From NCBI GenBank assembly GCA_946965045.2, contig OX337240.1:2356001-2420000 (forward strand): a stretch of 64,000 nucleotides of DNA. The letters run 5' to 3'. This stretch comes from Epithemia pelagica. Lineage: Eukaryota > Protista > Bacillariophyta. Of this stretch, positions 31,483 to 44,510 are shown in pieces (position 1 is the stretch's first letter; every line of letters starts with the position of its first letter). The translations under genes were made by a program, and so were the position numbers. The notes below the pieces were generated by a model. The model saw only the letters and a program-made list of their open reading frames with translations. It searched no databases and was not told the origin of the DNA.

Positions 31483-32443
31483 TGTTCCAAACGTTGATAG
31501 CCGAATTTATGAGGATCAAGACTGTATTGAACGCAAGGTTAGCATGTTTGCGGACTCTGACAAATGGAAATGGATGGATATAACAAGAGATGGGGAAGTC
31601 ACGAGACAAATCGGGACCGTACGCAGTCATGTGTTTCGTTTCAGTTCAACTTAAAATTAGTCGAAAAACCCCCAAAGATATACTCCAACAGCCGGGGGCA
31701 TCCCCCTCGACCCTCGACCAGAATGAGACACTACTCTCGCAAAGTATAGATCACCCCCTTTTACACTTTTCGCCCCGCTTCCGAATGGGTAGAAGGGGGC
31801 CCCGCACTACTGAAGGCAGCGTCGCGATTCGAGATGGATAACCATGACTAGAGGTACACTTCTCCTAGCTATCCGTACCTAGTAGAGGGACCGTCGGGAT
31901 GGATCTGACACGCCGAAACCAAGCAGTCCGGTTGGCGGTTCGTCCCCAAGGAACCTATCCATTTCATGACATGGAATTTCTGGACTGGCCACAAAATCTT
32001 GGACGACCCATTCCAAGTCCTTGTCCCCTTGTCACTGTGCTTGGTTTGGACCGTACACCTCCGCTGGAGACGCACACATACACACACACACACATACAGA
32101 GAGAGAGACAAGTCGTTGTCGTCTTTGGTGATGCTTCCTGGGGGGCAGAGTTAGTTCCATTCTGTGGGGCAGAGTTGGTTCCATTCGGTTCTAAGTTACA
32201 CTCTAGTAGAAAAAGGAGAAGGATATAACCCATGAAATCACTATACACATGAAAGGCAAGCCACAAAAAACTACAACAAGAAACGAGGAGGGAAACCACC
32301 CAGACATGAAACAGGCACAAGGGCAAATTCACTAGGTATCTTGTTGCTGTTGTTGTCGTTGTAGTGGTGGTTGCTCGAGATCCCGCAGCTCGAGAAAAAA
32401 AAAAAGAAATGGCTCTCTGTACCACAAACCAATCGTGTTGTTC

Positions 32444-33448
32444 TTATCCAGCCTCGTTGTCCTCCAAGGGACGATAGTCGTTGGAGGAGGACTCCTCCTC
32501 CTCCTCCTTCATTGTCCCACGAGCACTTGTGGTTGTTGATGTGGTGGTGGTGGTTGGATTCGCAACAGCGAGTACCGGAGAGGAATCATTGACCATTGTA
32601 TTCCTTGCATCATTCTTGTTGTGTTTGTTGTTGTTGTTGGCGTTGATTGGAATTGTGGGAGGTTTGGATCCTACGAATAAAGTACTCGAGGAGGACGCAG
32701 GTTCGCCTGGCTCCTTGGTAGGCACTTCGTTCTGCTTGTCCTCCTGGCAGGACCGTTTTTGGTTGGACGACCACAGGGTGGTGGTGGTTGGTTGTTCCAT
32801 GGTAGAGGGCAGCAAGGACGACGATGATGACGATGATGTTGACGCTGTGCCATGACTCAATCGTTGCAAGCTGTGGACATAGTCTTGCATCCAGGCCAAG
32901 AGGGCGGCCATGCCCGCCACACTCAAGAAGATGAAATTGACCCGGCGCACCGTATGCAAACAACACGACAACTCTTCGATTGAGTCGTTGTCGTCGTTGC
33001 TGTTCGCCGCATGAACCAAGACAATGGCCTGCACACTGGGTGCCGCCACCACCAGGGCACACGTTGCCGTGGAATGACCCAACCAGGCCACGGCCGTGAC
33101 CCACAAGGTGAGCATGCCACCCCACAATTGTGTCACGAGATGCATCCAGAGTTGCAGGGAACTGTCCGTTTTGTTGTTGTTCTGGTCGTTGTCGTTGTTG
33201 TCGTTGGGATGGTACAGAGCCTGACATCCACACACACCGTCATCCTCCTCCTCCTGGAAGAGCGTCCATCCACCAAAGACCCACGAGGGTGCCACCAACA
33301 GGGAGAATCCCAACAAGCCTCCGGCAATCAAGATGCCATCGAAACAAAGAATGGACGCATGCCGTACCCATACAGTCGTTGGTGGTAAAGGTGTTGTGGG
33401 AGGCCGTTGTTGTTGCTGCGGAGGAGAAACGAGTCGTTCCAATACCAT
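32444..33448 (-). CDS. Uncharacterised 4-TM membrane protein (paralog of 19753..20502)
   Basis: Four hydrophobic segments, LGHSTATCALVVAAPSVQ motif, low-complexity C-terminal tail. Confidence 0.7.
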   Translation of the reverse strand: MVLERLVSPPQQQQRPPTTPLPPTTVWVRHASILCFDGILIAGGLLGFSLLVAPSWVFGGWTLFQEEEDDGVCGCQALYHPNDNNDNDQNNNKTDSSLQLWMHLVTQLWGGMLTLWVTAVAWLGHSTATCALVVAAPSVQAIVLVHAANSNDDNDSIEELSCCLHTVRRVNFIFLSVAGMAALLAWMQDYVHSLQRLSHGTASTSSSSSSSLLPSTMEQPTTTTLWSSNQKRSCQEDKQNEVPTKEPGEPASSSSTLFVGSKPPTIPINANNNNKHNKNDARNTMVNDSSPVLAVANPTTTTTSTTTSARGTMKEEEEESSSNDYRPLEDNEAG

Positions 33449-34013
33449 ACTGACAACAAGAACGGTCTCTGTGGAACTATATTACGTTGGAACAACACAC
33501 CTCGTCGTCGTCCAGTCACAGTGTCCAACTTGTCGTTGTCGCTTTTCGTTCCAGGATTCGGTTGCCGGTTCGTCCGTGTGTTGTTATACTCCAGCAGCGT
33601 CGTGGATGACAAGAGTTTCCATCTCTCTCCACTCTTTCAGGGAGTTGGAGAAGGCGTTCCTGAGTCCTGATGGCCTTCGGCCTTCCTCGACCAAAAAATG
33701 GGGAGAGGGAGAGGGAGAGGGCCATCGAGCGATTGCGTGCGACTGCGCCAGGATTTCCCTCCACCAGGAAAGAGCGCACGCCCGACATGAGCTCTAAGTA
33801 TGTGTCACATAAATACCACAAGCCGAGCGAGCCGAGCAAGCCACACTTTTGTTTCCGAAAACAGACACCAAAATTTTGCTGGAATTTGTGGAAGGCCAGC
33901 TTTTCGGAAGAAAAGAGGCAAGCCCCGTCCAAACAATTGATTTGCGAGTGTATGGTCCGTTCTCTCAGATTCCTTGATTTACATATTGAAACACGAAACA
34001 CAGAGTCGTCGAC

Positions 34014-35147
34014 ATGATGATGCATCCAGTCCTGGCCGTGGCCCAACGAGTCCATGCCTCCAGTCAACCCAAATCGTCCGAGCCACCCACCACCACCACG
34101 TCCACTGTGGCGCCCACAACGACATCGACTTCGCCGTCATCGACGACTCCTTGGAATGTTGCCGGCACCAAGCCGTACCCACCGGATGGTTCCGTGGCGT
34201 CGGCCCACGTGGTAGACCCCACGGCTCCTCCTCCTCCTCCGGCCTTGTTGGCACCCGATTTAATGGTCTTGGCTCAGGGCATGCGCTTGTCGCTCGAGAC
34301 GCAACACGCCTTGGTGGCCTACGATGCCGCCACGCTGGAAGATTTTTGTCTCATGACACAGGCTGATTTTTCCAGCATGGTGGCGACCGATGCCCGATTG
34401 GGACGACCCATTCCACCCCTGCAACAACGCAAACTCAAAATTTTGTTGGCCTGGTGTCACGAATTGTTGCACGAACATGCGCAAGAACAACAACAACAAG
34501 ACTGCATCGATGCGGAGGACAATGACGACGACCAAGAAGAAGGAGAACCGTGTTGGAATACCACCGTCCCCGAAGAAACGGAACAAGTCGAAGTGACAGA
34601 TCAAGAACAAGTCTTGGTCTTGCACGAACCCCCCTTGGCCCTTCCCGCCTCGTCCTTGTCGTCCTCCTCTGCATGCACCCCTCCCTCCGCTCGACCGGCC
34701 GGGTTGGAGCGTCAATCCTCGTTTCGCAACATACCCAAAACGAAGCGCAAGGCACAGGAAAAACTCTCCTCGTGGACCTCTCATGTCACACCTCCTCCCT
34801 CCTTTTGGAATCGCTTGTGGGATCCACTCGGTACCCTGCAAGAAGCCACGCGTCTTCAACACAAGCTATGGAGTCGTCGGCACCAACAAGAGCAAGAGCA
34901 ACAAGAACAACAACGACATTCCCAACAGAACTCAAGCACGACAACTCCTACCCAAGACGAACAAGATGGCAGCATGGACGCTGTGGCGCGTCACGTGTTG
35001 GTCCCCGTCGATTGGCAAGCCAAATTTCGACACGACTTGCCGCATTTGAAACGACAATTGCAACGCGAAGGGGAAACCCAATCCTGGAGCATTGCCAGTG
35101 ATTCCTTCATGACCCTTCGATGGATTCTCTGTGGCTATCAAAGCTAG
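34014..35147 (+). CDS. Hypothetical protein with possible SAM-like helical domain
   Basis: 377-aa ORF; LSLETQHALVAYDAATLEDFCLMTQADF...PPLQQRKLKILL resembles a SAM fold; low-complexity flanks. Confidence 0.55.
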   Translation: MMMHPVLAVAQRVHASSQPKSSEPPTTTTSTVAPTTTSTSPSSTTPWNVAGTKPYPPDGSVASAHVVDPTAPPPPPALLAPDLMVLAQGMRLSLETQHALVAYDAATLEDFCLMTQADFSSMVATDARLGRPIPPLQQRKLKILLAWCHELLHEHAQEQQQQDCIDAEDNDDDQEEGEPCWNTTVPEETEQVEVTDQEQVLVLHEPPLALPASSLSSSSACTPPSARPAGLERQSSFRNIPKTKRKAQEKLSSWTSHVTPPPSFWNRLWDPLGTLQEATRLQHKLWSRRHQQEQEQQEQQRHSQQNSSTTTPTQDEQDGSMDAVARHVLVPVDWQAKFRHDLPHLKRQLQREGETQSWSIASDSFMTLRWILCGYQS

Positions 35148-36141
35148 TTAGCGAGACTGCATGAATGAATGAATGAATCAAAAAGAGGAACCATCCAGCC
35201 GTCCCCCCTGTCATAGTCCTTGGTTCCGAAACACAACCAAAGAAGAAGAAGCACACACGAGCTACAGTGGTGTGGACCATATGGTGGAACGGAATGAGAC
35301 AATGTCTCTGTACCTGTATTTTGTCATTCGTTGTTGCCCTTGTCGTGATTGGTCTGGTAGGAGGAGGAAAAACGGTCTACCTAGAACCCAATGGGGGTCA
35401 CCGTGCGTACACAAACAGTGGTACATGATTTCTGTTGTTTCGCGGTGATGCCAAGCGAGAGGAATGATCGAAAAAACAAACACAAAGTAACCCGCACGGC
35501 CCCTGACCAGGGTAGGAGTCTTTTGCTAGTCAATGTCACTCGTACTTCTTGCAAATGAAGCTCGGGCCTTTTCTTAGATGTTCCCGTTTGAAGAGAAAGC
35601 GTTCAAATAAAATAACGTCTAACTAACTTTATTGGTTGGGTGATCGATTTCTTGGAGAGTTTATGACCATTCAATTTTTATAGAACTGGATGAGAGAAGT
35701 GATTGGAACGAGACCATTCTCTCTCATGGAGCTTGTGGTTGGATTGGTTAACACGTTGTTGTGGGATGGACGGTTGTTATGTAACATTGCTTTTGGCTGG
35801 ATAATGGGTTGTCGTCGTAGCATTGAGAAAAAGAAGAGTATTGATTGATGAATGGAAGACGCATGTCGTGTTCTTCCCAAAGTTTGGATGAAACTTGTAA
35901 AAATGAAAAGATGATATACATTGTTGTTGTTTGGCACGTCGCTGTGTGGCGCGTCATTTGTGCATATCACGGAACAATGAGAAAGTAAAAGAAGGAGGAG
36001 GAGTGTATGAATAATGGGAGATTGAGAGAGAGAGTGTGTTGTGATTGTTGTTGCATGTTGAACGTTGAACGCTGCATCGAAACCGACCCGCTTTTTTTGG
36101 CTGTGCCCGATGAGACAAAGCGGCACGACGACAAACGTTAG

Positions 36142-39100
36142 TTAATTTCGTCTCCGTCCATGCCATTTGCCCTTGCGATGGTTTTGGTTGCCCTTGTTGT
36201 TGTGGTTGGAATGAGTGTCCAGTCGAGCATGGCGACACCACGATGCGGGCATGGCACTGGCCGAGGAGTCGGTTCGATATTCAATGAGACTTTGGAATTC
36301 ATCTTCAGTTACGGTCTGCCGAAGTTTACGAAGGACATAGTCGTTCACGTATCCTGTGTCGCGACAGCGTTGAAAGAATGCGCGAGCATGTGCAAAACGT
36401 GTCAGACCATCGTGTCGGGGAATCAAATTGGCGCAAACTGACAAGAGAATCGTAAAGGTGTAAGAATCGGGCTTCATGTCATCCTGGTTGGATAACCATT
36501 CAAACACACGGAAGGCGATCTGAAGAGCTTGAACTCGATCGTCATCGTGTTTGGAGAAAGCACAGGCATTGCACACCGCATTGGCTGTGTGAACATTGGG
36601 TTTGGCATCCACATCGCCGGTGGCTTCGTATCGGGTAATCATGTTGTTGAGGATTTGGTTCGCTCGCATGGCGGCGCCCTTCTCCCCACTTTTGGCCCAG
36701 GCATCAATCACCGATGTGTGCGTTCGGGTATTGGGCTTGAAATCGGAATAACCATCGCTGTATCGTTTTTCCATAATCGACAGGACATGCTCCGCTCGCG
36801 CTGCAGATCCACGTTCACCCGCCTTGGCCCAGGCGTTGATCAGTGTATTGTACGTGTACGTGTCGGGCTTGACGCCATGGTTTCCGGCACGGTACAGCTC
36901 ATCCATATGATCCAGAATCTGTTCTGCGCGACGAGGTGCAACTCGGTCTCCGGAACGCGCCCAAGCATCCAGGACTGCATTGCTGTGGACAAAAGTAGAA
37001 AAATGGCATTATAAGAAACACGTCCATACAACTTCACATATGATCAACAAAAGCACTTACAATGTGATGGTATCAGGTTTGACATCTTCATTTCCCTGTT
37101 TGTGAAGACGGTCCATCCATTCAAGGATTTCCTCAGCGCGTTCTGCCGCAGCGCGGCCACCTCCGCTTTTGGCCCACTGGAGATAATAAGAAAAGAGCAC
37201 AAATGAGAGACTAGAGAGAAGAGACACCAACCCATAGGATAAAACAATACGTACCGCATCGAGCACAGTGTTGAAGTTGATAGTGGTTGGTTTGACATCG
37301 TCACCACCGCCATTCCGGTGACGATTCACCATGTTTTGGAGAACCCGTTCCGCTCTTGCCGCAGCACCGGCTTCTCCACTTTTCGCTAGGGCGTTAATGA
37401 CGGCGTTGTACGTAAATGTATTTGGTTTCAAATCAGGATCGCCAGCTAGGTGCTTGGCTTCCATTTTGTCCAACAATTGGTCGGCACGGCTCGCAGCACC
37501 GCGATACCCGCTCTTTGCCCATGCATCAATGACCGCCTGACAAAGACAACAGAAGAAACGTATTAGCAACGCGCTGACAGAGGAATCCTTTCGATCCTGT
37601 TGTATTTGTTCAACGTACCGTGTATGTGAATGCATCTGGTTTTAAACTGGGCATCCCGGAGGCATGAAGACGATTCATCGCGACTAACATTTCCTCAGCT
37701 TTTGAGGCAGCATCTGGTTCCTTGCTTTTGGCCCAGCAGTTGATGACGGTATTGAACACGAACGTGTTAGGCATCAAATTGGCATGAGCGACTGGATCGG
37801 ATTGGTACAATTCAATCATGTTGGCAAGCAGGGTATCGGCTCGGGCGGCCGCTCCACTTTCTCCGCACTTGGCAAACGCATCAATCACCGCACCATATGT
37901 CACGACATTTGGCTTTACTTCAGTATCACCCATGAGATGAAGTTGATGCATACTCGAAAGGAGCTTTTCCGCTTCGCTTGCGGCACCCTTTCCACCACTC
38001 TTGGCCCAACAATTGATTACCACATTGCTGTGAAACGACAAAGGCATTAGCCGCGTCATCGCGCACAAATATATACAGAAACAAACACAATACATTCACT
38101 TACAATGTGATGGTATCTGGCTTGACCGACTGGTTTCCTTCTTGGTGCAGTTTGCGCATTTTGTTCAATAGTTCCTGTGCCTTGACAGCAGCTTCAGTTC
38201 CTCCAGCCTTGGCGTAGGCATGGATTACAGTATTGCTGGGAATCACAAATCCATCACACAACTTGTAAGAAGACATACCCACACAAATCCATTAAACAAC
38301 ATTCGCAAAACATGATCTTGAACTTACAAGGTGTACTTGTCAGGCTGAACGCCAAGATCGGCACGAATGTTTTGCATCCAATTGAGAATTTGTTCGGCCC
38401 GTACAGGAGCCACGCGTTCCTTGCTACGAGCCCAGGCATTGATCACTGCGTTGAATATGCCTGTCGTGGGACGCAAATTCTCATCGTGCTTTTGTTGGTA
38501 CAATTCGTTCATTTGCTGCAACAACGATTCTGCACGTTGTGCGGCTGCGCCACCTTCACCGCTGCGAGCCCATGCATCGACTGTATATAACAAGCAAACA
38601 AAACAGACACACCATTGCAAGCAAGAGTGAGCGACCCCTCTAGAAAACAAGAGAACAACCGCATTGGAAATAGGTAACGTACCAGCCATTGTATACATTT
38701 TGTTGGTAACGACGACCCTGGTATTGCCGGCATTGACTTCTTGTTGGGCCCGAAGTAACCACATTTCGACCATGGAGGCCCCTTGAGATGACTTGCTCTT
38801 GGCCCAGGAATTCATGATTGCTGAAATGGGAATGTCGGCCACATCTAGGTCACCAACCGGCGTTTCTTGCATTTTGCGGTTCATGCGCAACAACCATTCG
38901 TGTTTCTTGGATCCAGACTTGCTGTTGGTGGCATTGTTGTTGTTATTGTTGCCACCGCTAGTACTATTGTTTTGGCTACCAAAAGACTGGTTATTTGGAT
39001 TGTTCCATGAATCTTCGTCATCCAGTAACAAGGGATCGCCATTGTCATCCAACACCACATCGTCTTCTTCGTAATCGTAATAGTTGTGTGAGTAGCAAGC

Positions 39101-41668
39101 ATGATCTTCCGGTCTTTGTTGTGGAAGGATCGGACGATGGTCTAAGGAAGAAGCCGCTGTTCCGTGGGAGTTGCGACTTCGCAACGAGGAGGCATCATCT
39201 GGAACATGACGAGACGAAAGTTGTTTGGTGTTGGGCTTGATGAGCTGTCGAATAGCTTCTGAGGAGGTATTTTCCAGTTGCTTTGTGGTGCTGTTGCTTC
39301 CGGTACTGCTGTCCGGACTGTTATTGTTATGATTGCTGTGGTTGCCACTGTGGCTTCGATGATAGTTGGCGGAAGAACCTCCCTTGTTCGATCGCAGCGA
39401 CGACAAGGATTGTGCGAGAGAAACGGGGGACGAGGAAAGGGAGTACGAGTCCGTTTCTTTGGTTCGTTTGCCTGGAGGACTGTTTCGTTCCTTGAGAGGT
39501 GGGGGAGGAAAATTGGAGCGAGGTTGCTTGCGGTTGCCATGATGATGGTTGTTGTTGTTGTTGTTACCACCCCCACGGTGTGACGTTCTTCCATTGCCAC
39601 CACCGCCACCACGTCGAGAACGACCACTGTCATAGCTTCGATTCGAGTCTTTGCGTTGGTAAGACCTTCCTCCTCCAGCATTGGACGAGTGCTGGGGTTG
39701 ATAGTGATGGCGTCCTTCGGCTCCCATTGCCATGGAACCGTAGGCACCATGGGAAGAAGAAGAAGCATTCATCATGGCCAGGGGTGGTTGGGGCAGGTGG
39801 TGCTGCTGCCGCTTGGAAGCTGGTGGTGGTGGCTGCTGACATTCAGGAGGCTCGCCAGCCTGTTGTTGCTGTTGCTGTGATGTCAAAAATCCCGGAGGGG
39901 GTGTGGGTGGAACCACCAAGGAGGTGGAAGCCGATTGAACCGAACTATTCCCCGGTGACAAGGAGGGTGGTGGATGCAAGACTAGACTATTACTTTCCGT
40001 CGTGCTGGTGGTAGTATGAGTCGCATAGGTCGAAGCCGAACTGGCGGGTACCAAATCGGCCACGGGGGAAGACAACAAGGGATGGGATGATGACGAGGAG
40101 TAGGGGAACAGGGGTCCTTCCGTGTGAGAGGATGTTGTCGTCGCTGTGGTCGCAAATGACTGTGGTATGGGAGAAGCTGGAAACCGTGGTTCGTCCGAAT
40201 GGGGAGGGGGTGGCAAGGGAAGATGAGGAGCCGCTGGTCGACCACCCGTTGAAGTTGTCCAGGTGGGTCGGATACTGTTTGGTTGAGGAATGGGCGAATG
40301 TTCCGGAGTGCTTGTATCGGCACTGACATGACGATGATTCATGGCCCGTGGCCGTTGCGGAGGAGGATCGGTGGTCGTCGTTGATGGTGGGGCACCCAAA
40401 TCACATGGTTGCATGGACAATTGCGACAAACTGTTGGAAAAGGAATCTTGACGTTCATGTTGTTGCTGATGTTGCTGCCGTTCTTGAGGATCATCATGAG
40501 CTTGCGGTGGTGGTACACGAGACGTGGGCCACAAAGACGATGAGGAGGTGTTTCGTTCTTGGTGTTCATCTTGGGGATCTTGCTGTTCTTGTGGGGCCGA
40601 GGTCCGAAGATTGCTGGTAAGGATGGTTGTATTGTTATGACCACTGGCTGTCAAGGAGGAATGACTGGTCGCCGAACTTTGCAAACTTTGATCCAAATAA
40701 TCGTCTTGAGGATGATGTTGCAACATCAAGTGAGGGTGACCTCCTCCTCCTCCTCCTCCTCGGTAACTACTACTACAATTACCAGCAGGGTGTGAAGCAT
40801 GGTGATAGGGAGGATGCTGCGTCCCCCAAATGCTCGTACTACTCGAGCCACCCGAAAAACTTGAGGGGTCTCCACCATGACTGGGGTAAGAGGAGGAGGA
40901 AGCATCGCGATGTTCTTGTGGCTCCCACAAAAAGGATGCTGTCGAGGAAGAATGATCGCCCATACCATCCTGATAGGAGCCGCCAGGTCCTCCCATGAGG
41001 AGGGGCGTGGAAGAACTGGAAGTAGTAGTCGTAGCAGTCGTAGTACTGGAATGATTGGTGGACCCCAGTCTGGCACCGCGATACGAGGAGGATTGATGAT
41101 GCAACGATACAGTTGATCGATCATCGGACTCTTGCTTGTGCATGACCGAATGACGAGAAGCATGATAGGAATGGCTGTTGTTGTTGTTGTGCATGGTATA
41201 TGGATTGGTAGAGTGACTGGGGTGGTGGTGGTGGTGGTTGTTGTTGTTCCATCCTCCTCCACTGCTGCTACTGTTTCCTCCTCCCACAATGAGAGATCGT
41301 CCATGCGCTAATTTCTCGGCATCCAAACTCAGAGCATAGGCAGCTCCTTCTGTTCCAACACCACCACTACTCATGCTACCAAAGCTCTTTGGAGGATAGG
41401 TATTTGTTGCTGTTGTGGAAGACGACGACGAAGAGGCCGTCGTCATGAGAGAATGAGGAGCATAGGTCGTCAAGGTGGTGGTAGTTGGTTGATGCGATGA
41501 GGCATGCTCATGTTCCTGCTCCTCCTCTTCGGCTGGATTGGTCAAAGAATGATGGAAATAGCGGCTGCTATTGCGATTATTCTTGTGTGAAGCAGGTTGT
41601 GTGACCAGGACATTTTCTGCCTCTCGTACATGGTGGCTTCCCCAAGCAGCACTGGTTGTAGGCTCCAT
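36142..41668 (-). CDS. Multi-exon pentatricopeptide-repeat (PPR) protein with a very long disordered N-terminus
   Basis: Repeated KPDTYTYNTLINAWAK-type motifs across exons 36142-38750. GT donors at about 38681, 38327, 38103, 37618, 37257 and 37060. About 900 aa of S/H/N/Q/P-rich sequence follows the probable ATG at 41668. Confidence 0.88.
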
Positions 41669-43254
41669 TGTTTCTTTCTCTATATAGCGGGTGTGAGTTT
41701 GTGTTTTGAGAGTTGTTGTTTGTTGCAATAAGTATTCCAGTTCAATCACAATCCATACCCCCGACACTTTTGTCTCAGCAGCGGTCCATGGGGGAAGAGT
41801 TTACACAAGCAGACAAAAAAGAAACAACAAAGGAAGGGGGCCAATACAGGAGTGGACGGTTTGATTTTTCAGTTTTGTGAACTACACACACACAAGAGCC
41901 AAAGGACTGGAATGTATGTGTGAGAAAGCAAGGACTTGAAAATTTGGAACCGTGTTGTAGTAGGTCTCCAAGTCAAATCGTGTGAGGGTTTTGCACCCAA
42001 CAACCAAAAGAGGAGGAAAAAAGATTTGTGGTTTGTTGTCCTTGTGTTGAGGTAGATGCTGCGGTTGTTGCGACAAGGGAGGAAATTGTCCCGACGCACT
42101 ACCACTAACTAATAAAGAAAGAGAGACAACCCAATCAATTGCTCAAGAAAACGGCAACGGTAGTTCCACAACGGAAGGAGCTACCGGTGGTTGGGAATTG
42201 TCGTTGTGCAGAGGAATGGCGGGTATACCGTCTCATCCGTGTAGAGAAAGAATCCACAAGAAAGACTCTCCACTTTCTAATAGAATATCGAAAGAGTCGT
42301 TTGGAAGATGGGACGCCGTCGTGGACTTGGCGCCAAATGCCTCTTATGCCACAAAAAATGAGCCCGTATCTATTTGTCGTTTGCAGCCGCCCGTCGGACT
42401 TGGCGCCAAAACCCAAACGTCTCTTTTCTCACCATCGAGCGTTTATTTCTCAAGTAATATATTGAAGTATAGTGAGAATCTTACGATTTATGAAATTTAC
42501 CGCTCAAGTTTCTCTCAGATACGCGCCCAACTTGGGCTCCCGCCGCCTCGACCAACCAATCTCTCCAAACCGCGGGAAGACCCGCACACGAAACAACGGA
42601 AGGACAACGACTCTCTTGAGTACCGGATCCCCCATCAACCGATGAGGCAATCTTCCAAATTCCAATACTTCTCTGTGTTGTGTCGTATAAAAATTATGGG
42701 GGGTCAACCTGGGAAACCAACTGGGAGAGATCGTTGGGAATAGAGCACCTCTGTCATAACGGTACGCATAACGTTCCATTTGGGGACCTTGGAGCGCTAT
42801 CCGTACTTCTCCATGAAGCAACATAGGAGTAGGAGAAGAGGAAATAGAAATGCCTCAAGTCGCAACATTGGGAGGATGGTATTCATATGGCAGAATGCAT
42901 ATACTTGTAGAGGAGTACAGGGTATGTGAATTGAGGTTGTCCTGGAATGGTGCGCATCATCTAGTTTCCCGTCAACCAATCTCGACTGTAACTATGCCGA
43001 GCTACCAAGCAATTCAACCGAAGAGTTGTGTACATGTGAGTCCTAGAGAGCCACTGCATCCGGACTAGTCCCAGTCATGTCAGCTTTATCAATATCTGAG
43101 GAAGAGAAAGATAGTTTCTAAAGATGGTAATGTAAGATGGCTAATAGACAATGGAATAGGAGTGATGTGCATGATTGAGTGCATGTCAAGCAAATGTGTG
43201 TTTCCAATGATGAGTAAAGAGTACAGGCGAGAGAACGAATCCTCCACAAACTTT

Positions 43255-44510
43255 CTATGTCAGTGTCGGAAGCATGTACGTTCCATTGTTTTCATGAACT
43301 TCCTCTCGCACACTGCTTTCCCTGCTGCCATCTTCCGAGTCATCCGAGGGCGCATTTTGCAGTATCTGACCATCGGGACCCACCACGACGCTATTGTCGT
43401 AGGTGAGCTTCATGAGGTAGCCAAACAAGGCAATCACAATAATCAAAATCAAGGTCAACGTCAAGTTTTTGAGTCCCAGCAAGGCAAATATGACAATCAC
43501 CAGCACCACCAACACGGCAACCGCCACGAGATGAAAGGTTTGCAGACCGGCGGCCGTCATGGACGCTTGCTCCAACAGAGCGTCGTTGGTGGACATTTTC
43601 TGTCGCTTGCGCCAAATCAAGACTCCCATGACGGCTCCAAACACAATCAAAACCACCAAGAGGGTAATGTCCGCCTGCTTCCAACCTTCTATTTCTTCCT
43701 TCAAGCCCATGCGCTTGCATCGTCGACCGCATTTTTCTCGGTAGGACCATGCGGTGGAACAGAGTGGTGCCGACATTTGACGATTTTCATAAAACTGGTC
43801 ATCCATTTGATCATCCGCAATGTTCACCCAGTTGACACAGGATTGGCATTTCTTGAACGGAAGCTGCGGCAAGTAGAAACGTCATAACGTGAGAAAACAC
43901 CCGACATTCTCGTACAGTTACGGACAAGCCACTGTATGTGGTTCAAACCTACCTGAATGTCAGAGATATCGATATTCGCATCATCCCCATAGTCGTTGGT
44001 ATCTCTGTGTTGGCATGTATTGTCTTTGTAAATATTGACCGCAATCGATTGAGTGGTAGAATCCGCGCATCCGAGCTGCAGATAGACTATTTTGCCACTA
44101 ACTTCTTTGGGCGTACAATATTGGTACTTGGCCACATCGGGTTCCACATAGTCGTCGTAGCCCCGATCTTCCATTTTTTGGGCCTCTTCTGCCAAATATC
44201 CTTCCATGTAGTGAGGAACAGTGGTGTAAAAGGTTCCCACCACATGCTCACCACACTGATCGCCACTGCTAAAGACTTCAAACACCACCACGTCCTTATC
44301 CTTGAACACAACGCAGCGCTTGGCCATGATATGAAAGGAGGTCCAGTATTGGATGTTGTCATCAAAGTCCGTCACATAGTCTACTTGTTGCTGTTTCCAG
44401 TCCTTGTACTCGAGATCATCGTCAAAAGCCTGGCCATTGTTTTCGGCGAATGAGAAGCCAGAAAGAGAGAGGGCCAATAGAATGGCCTTGACATATCTTT
44501 GAAGAAACAT
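43255..44510 (-). CDS. Silicanin-like luminal Cys domain protein with three C-terminal TM helices
   Basis: Signal peptide from ATG 44510; intron 43864..43952; KRCVVF...VVFEVF...QC, YLQLGCAD...IAVNIYKDNTC, CQSC, LCSTAWSYREKC; three hydrophobic segments. Confidence 0.65.

Noticed and set aside
42100-43100. Several 60-180 aa ORFs between the PPR and silicanin-like genes
   Set aside because: Overlapping, motif-free and consistent with intergenic/promoter DNA.
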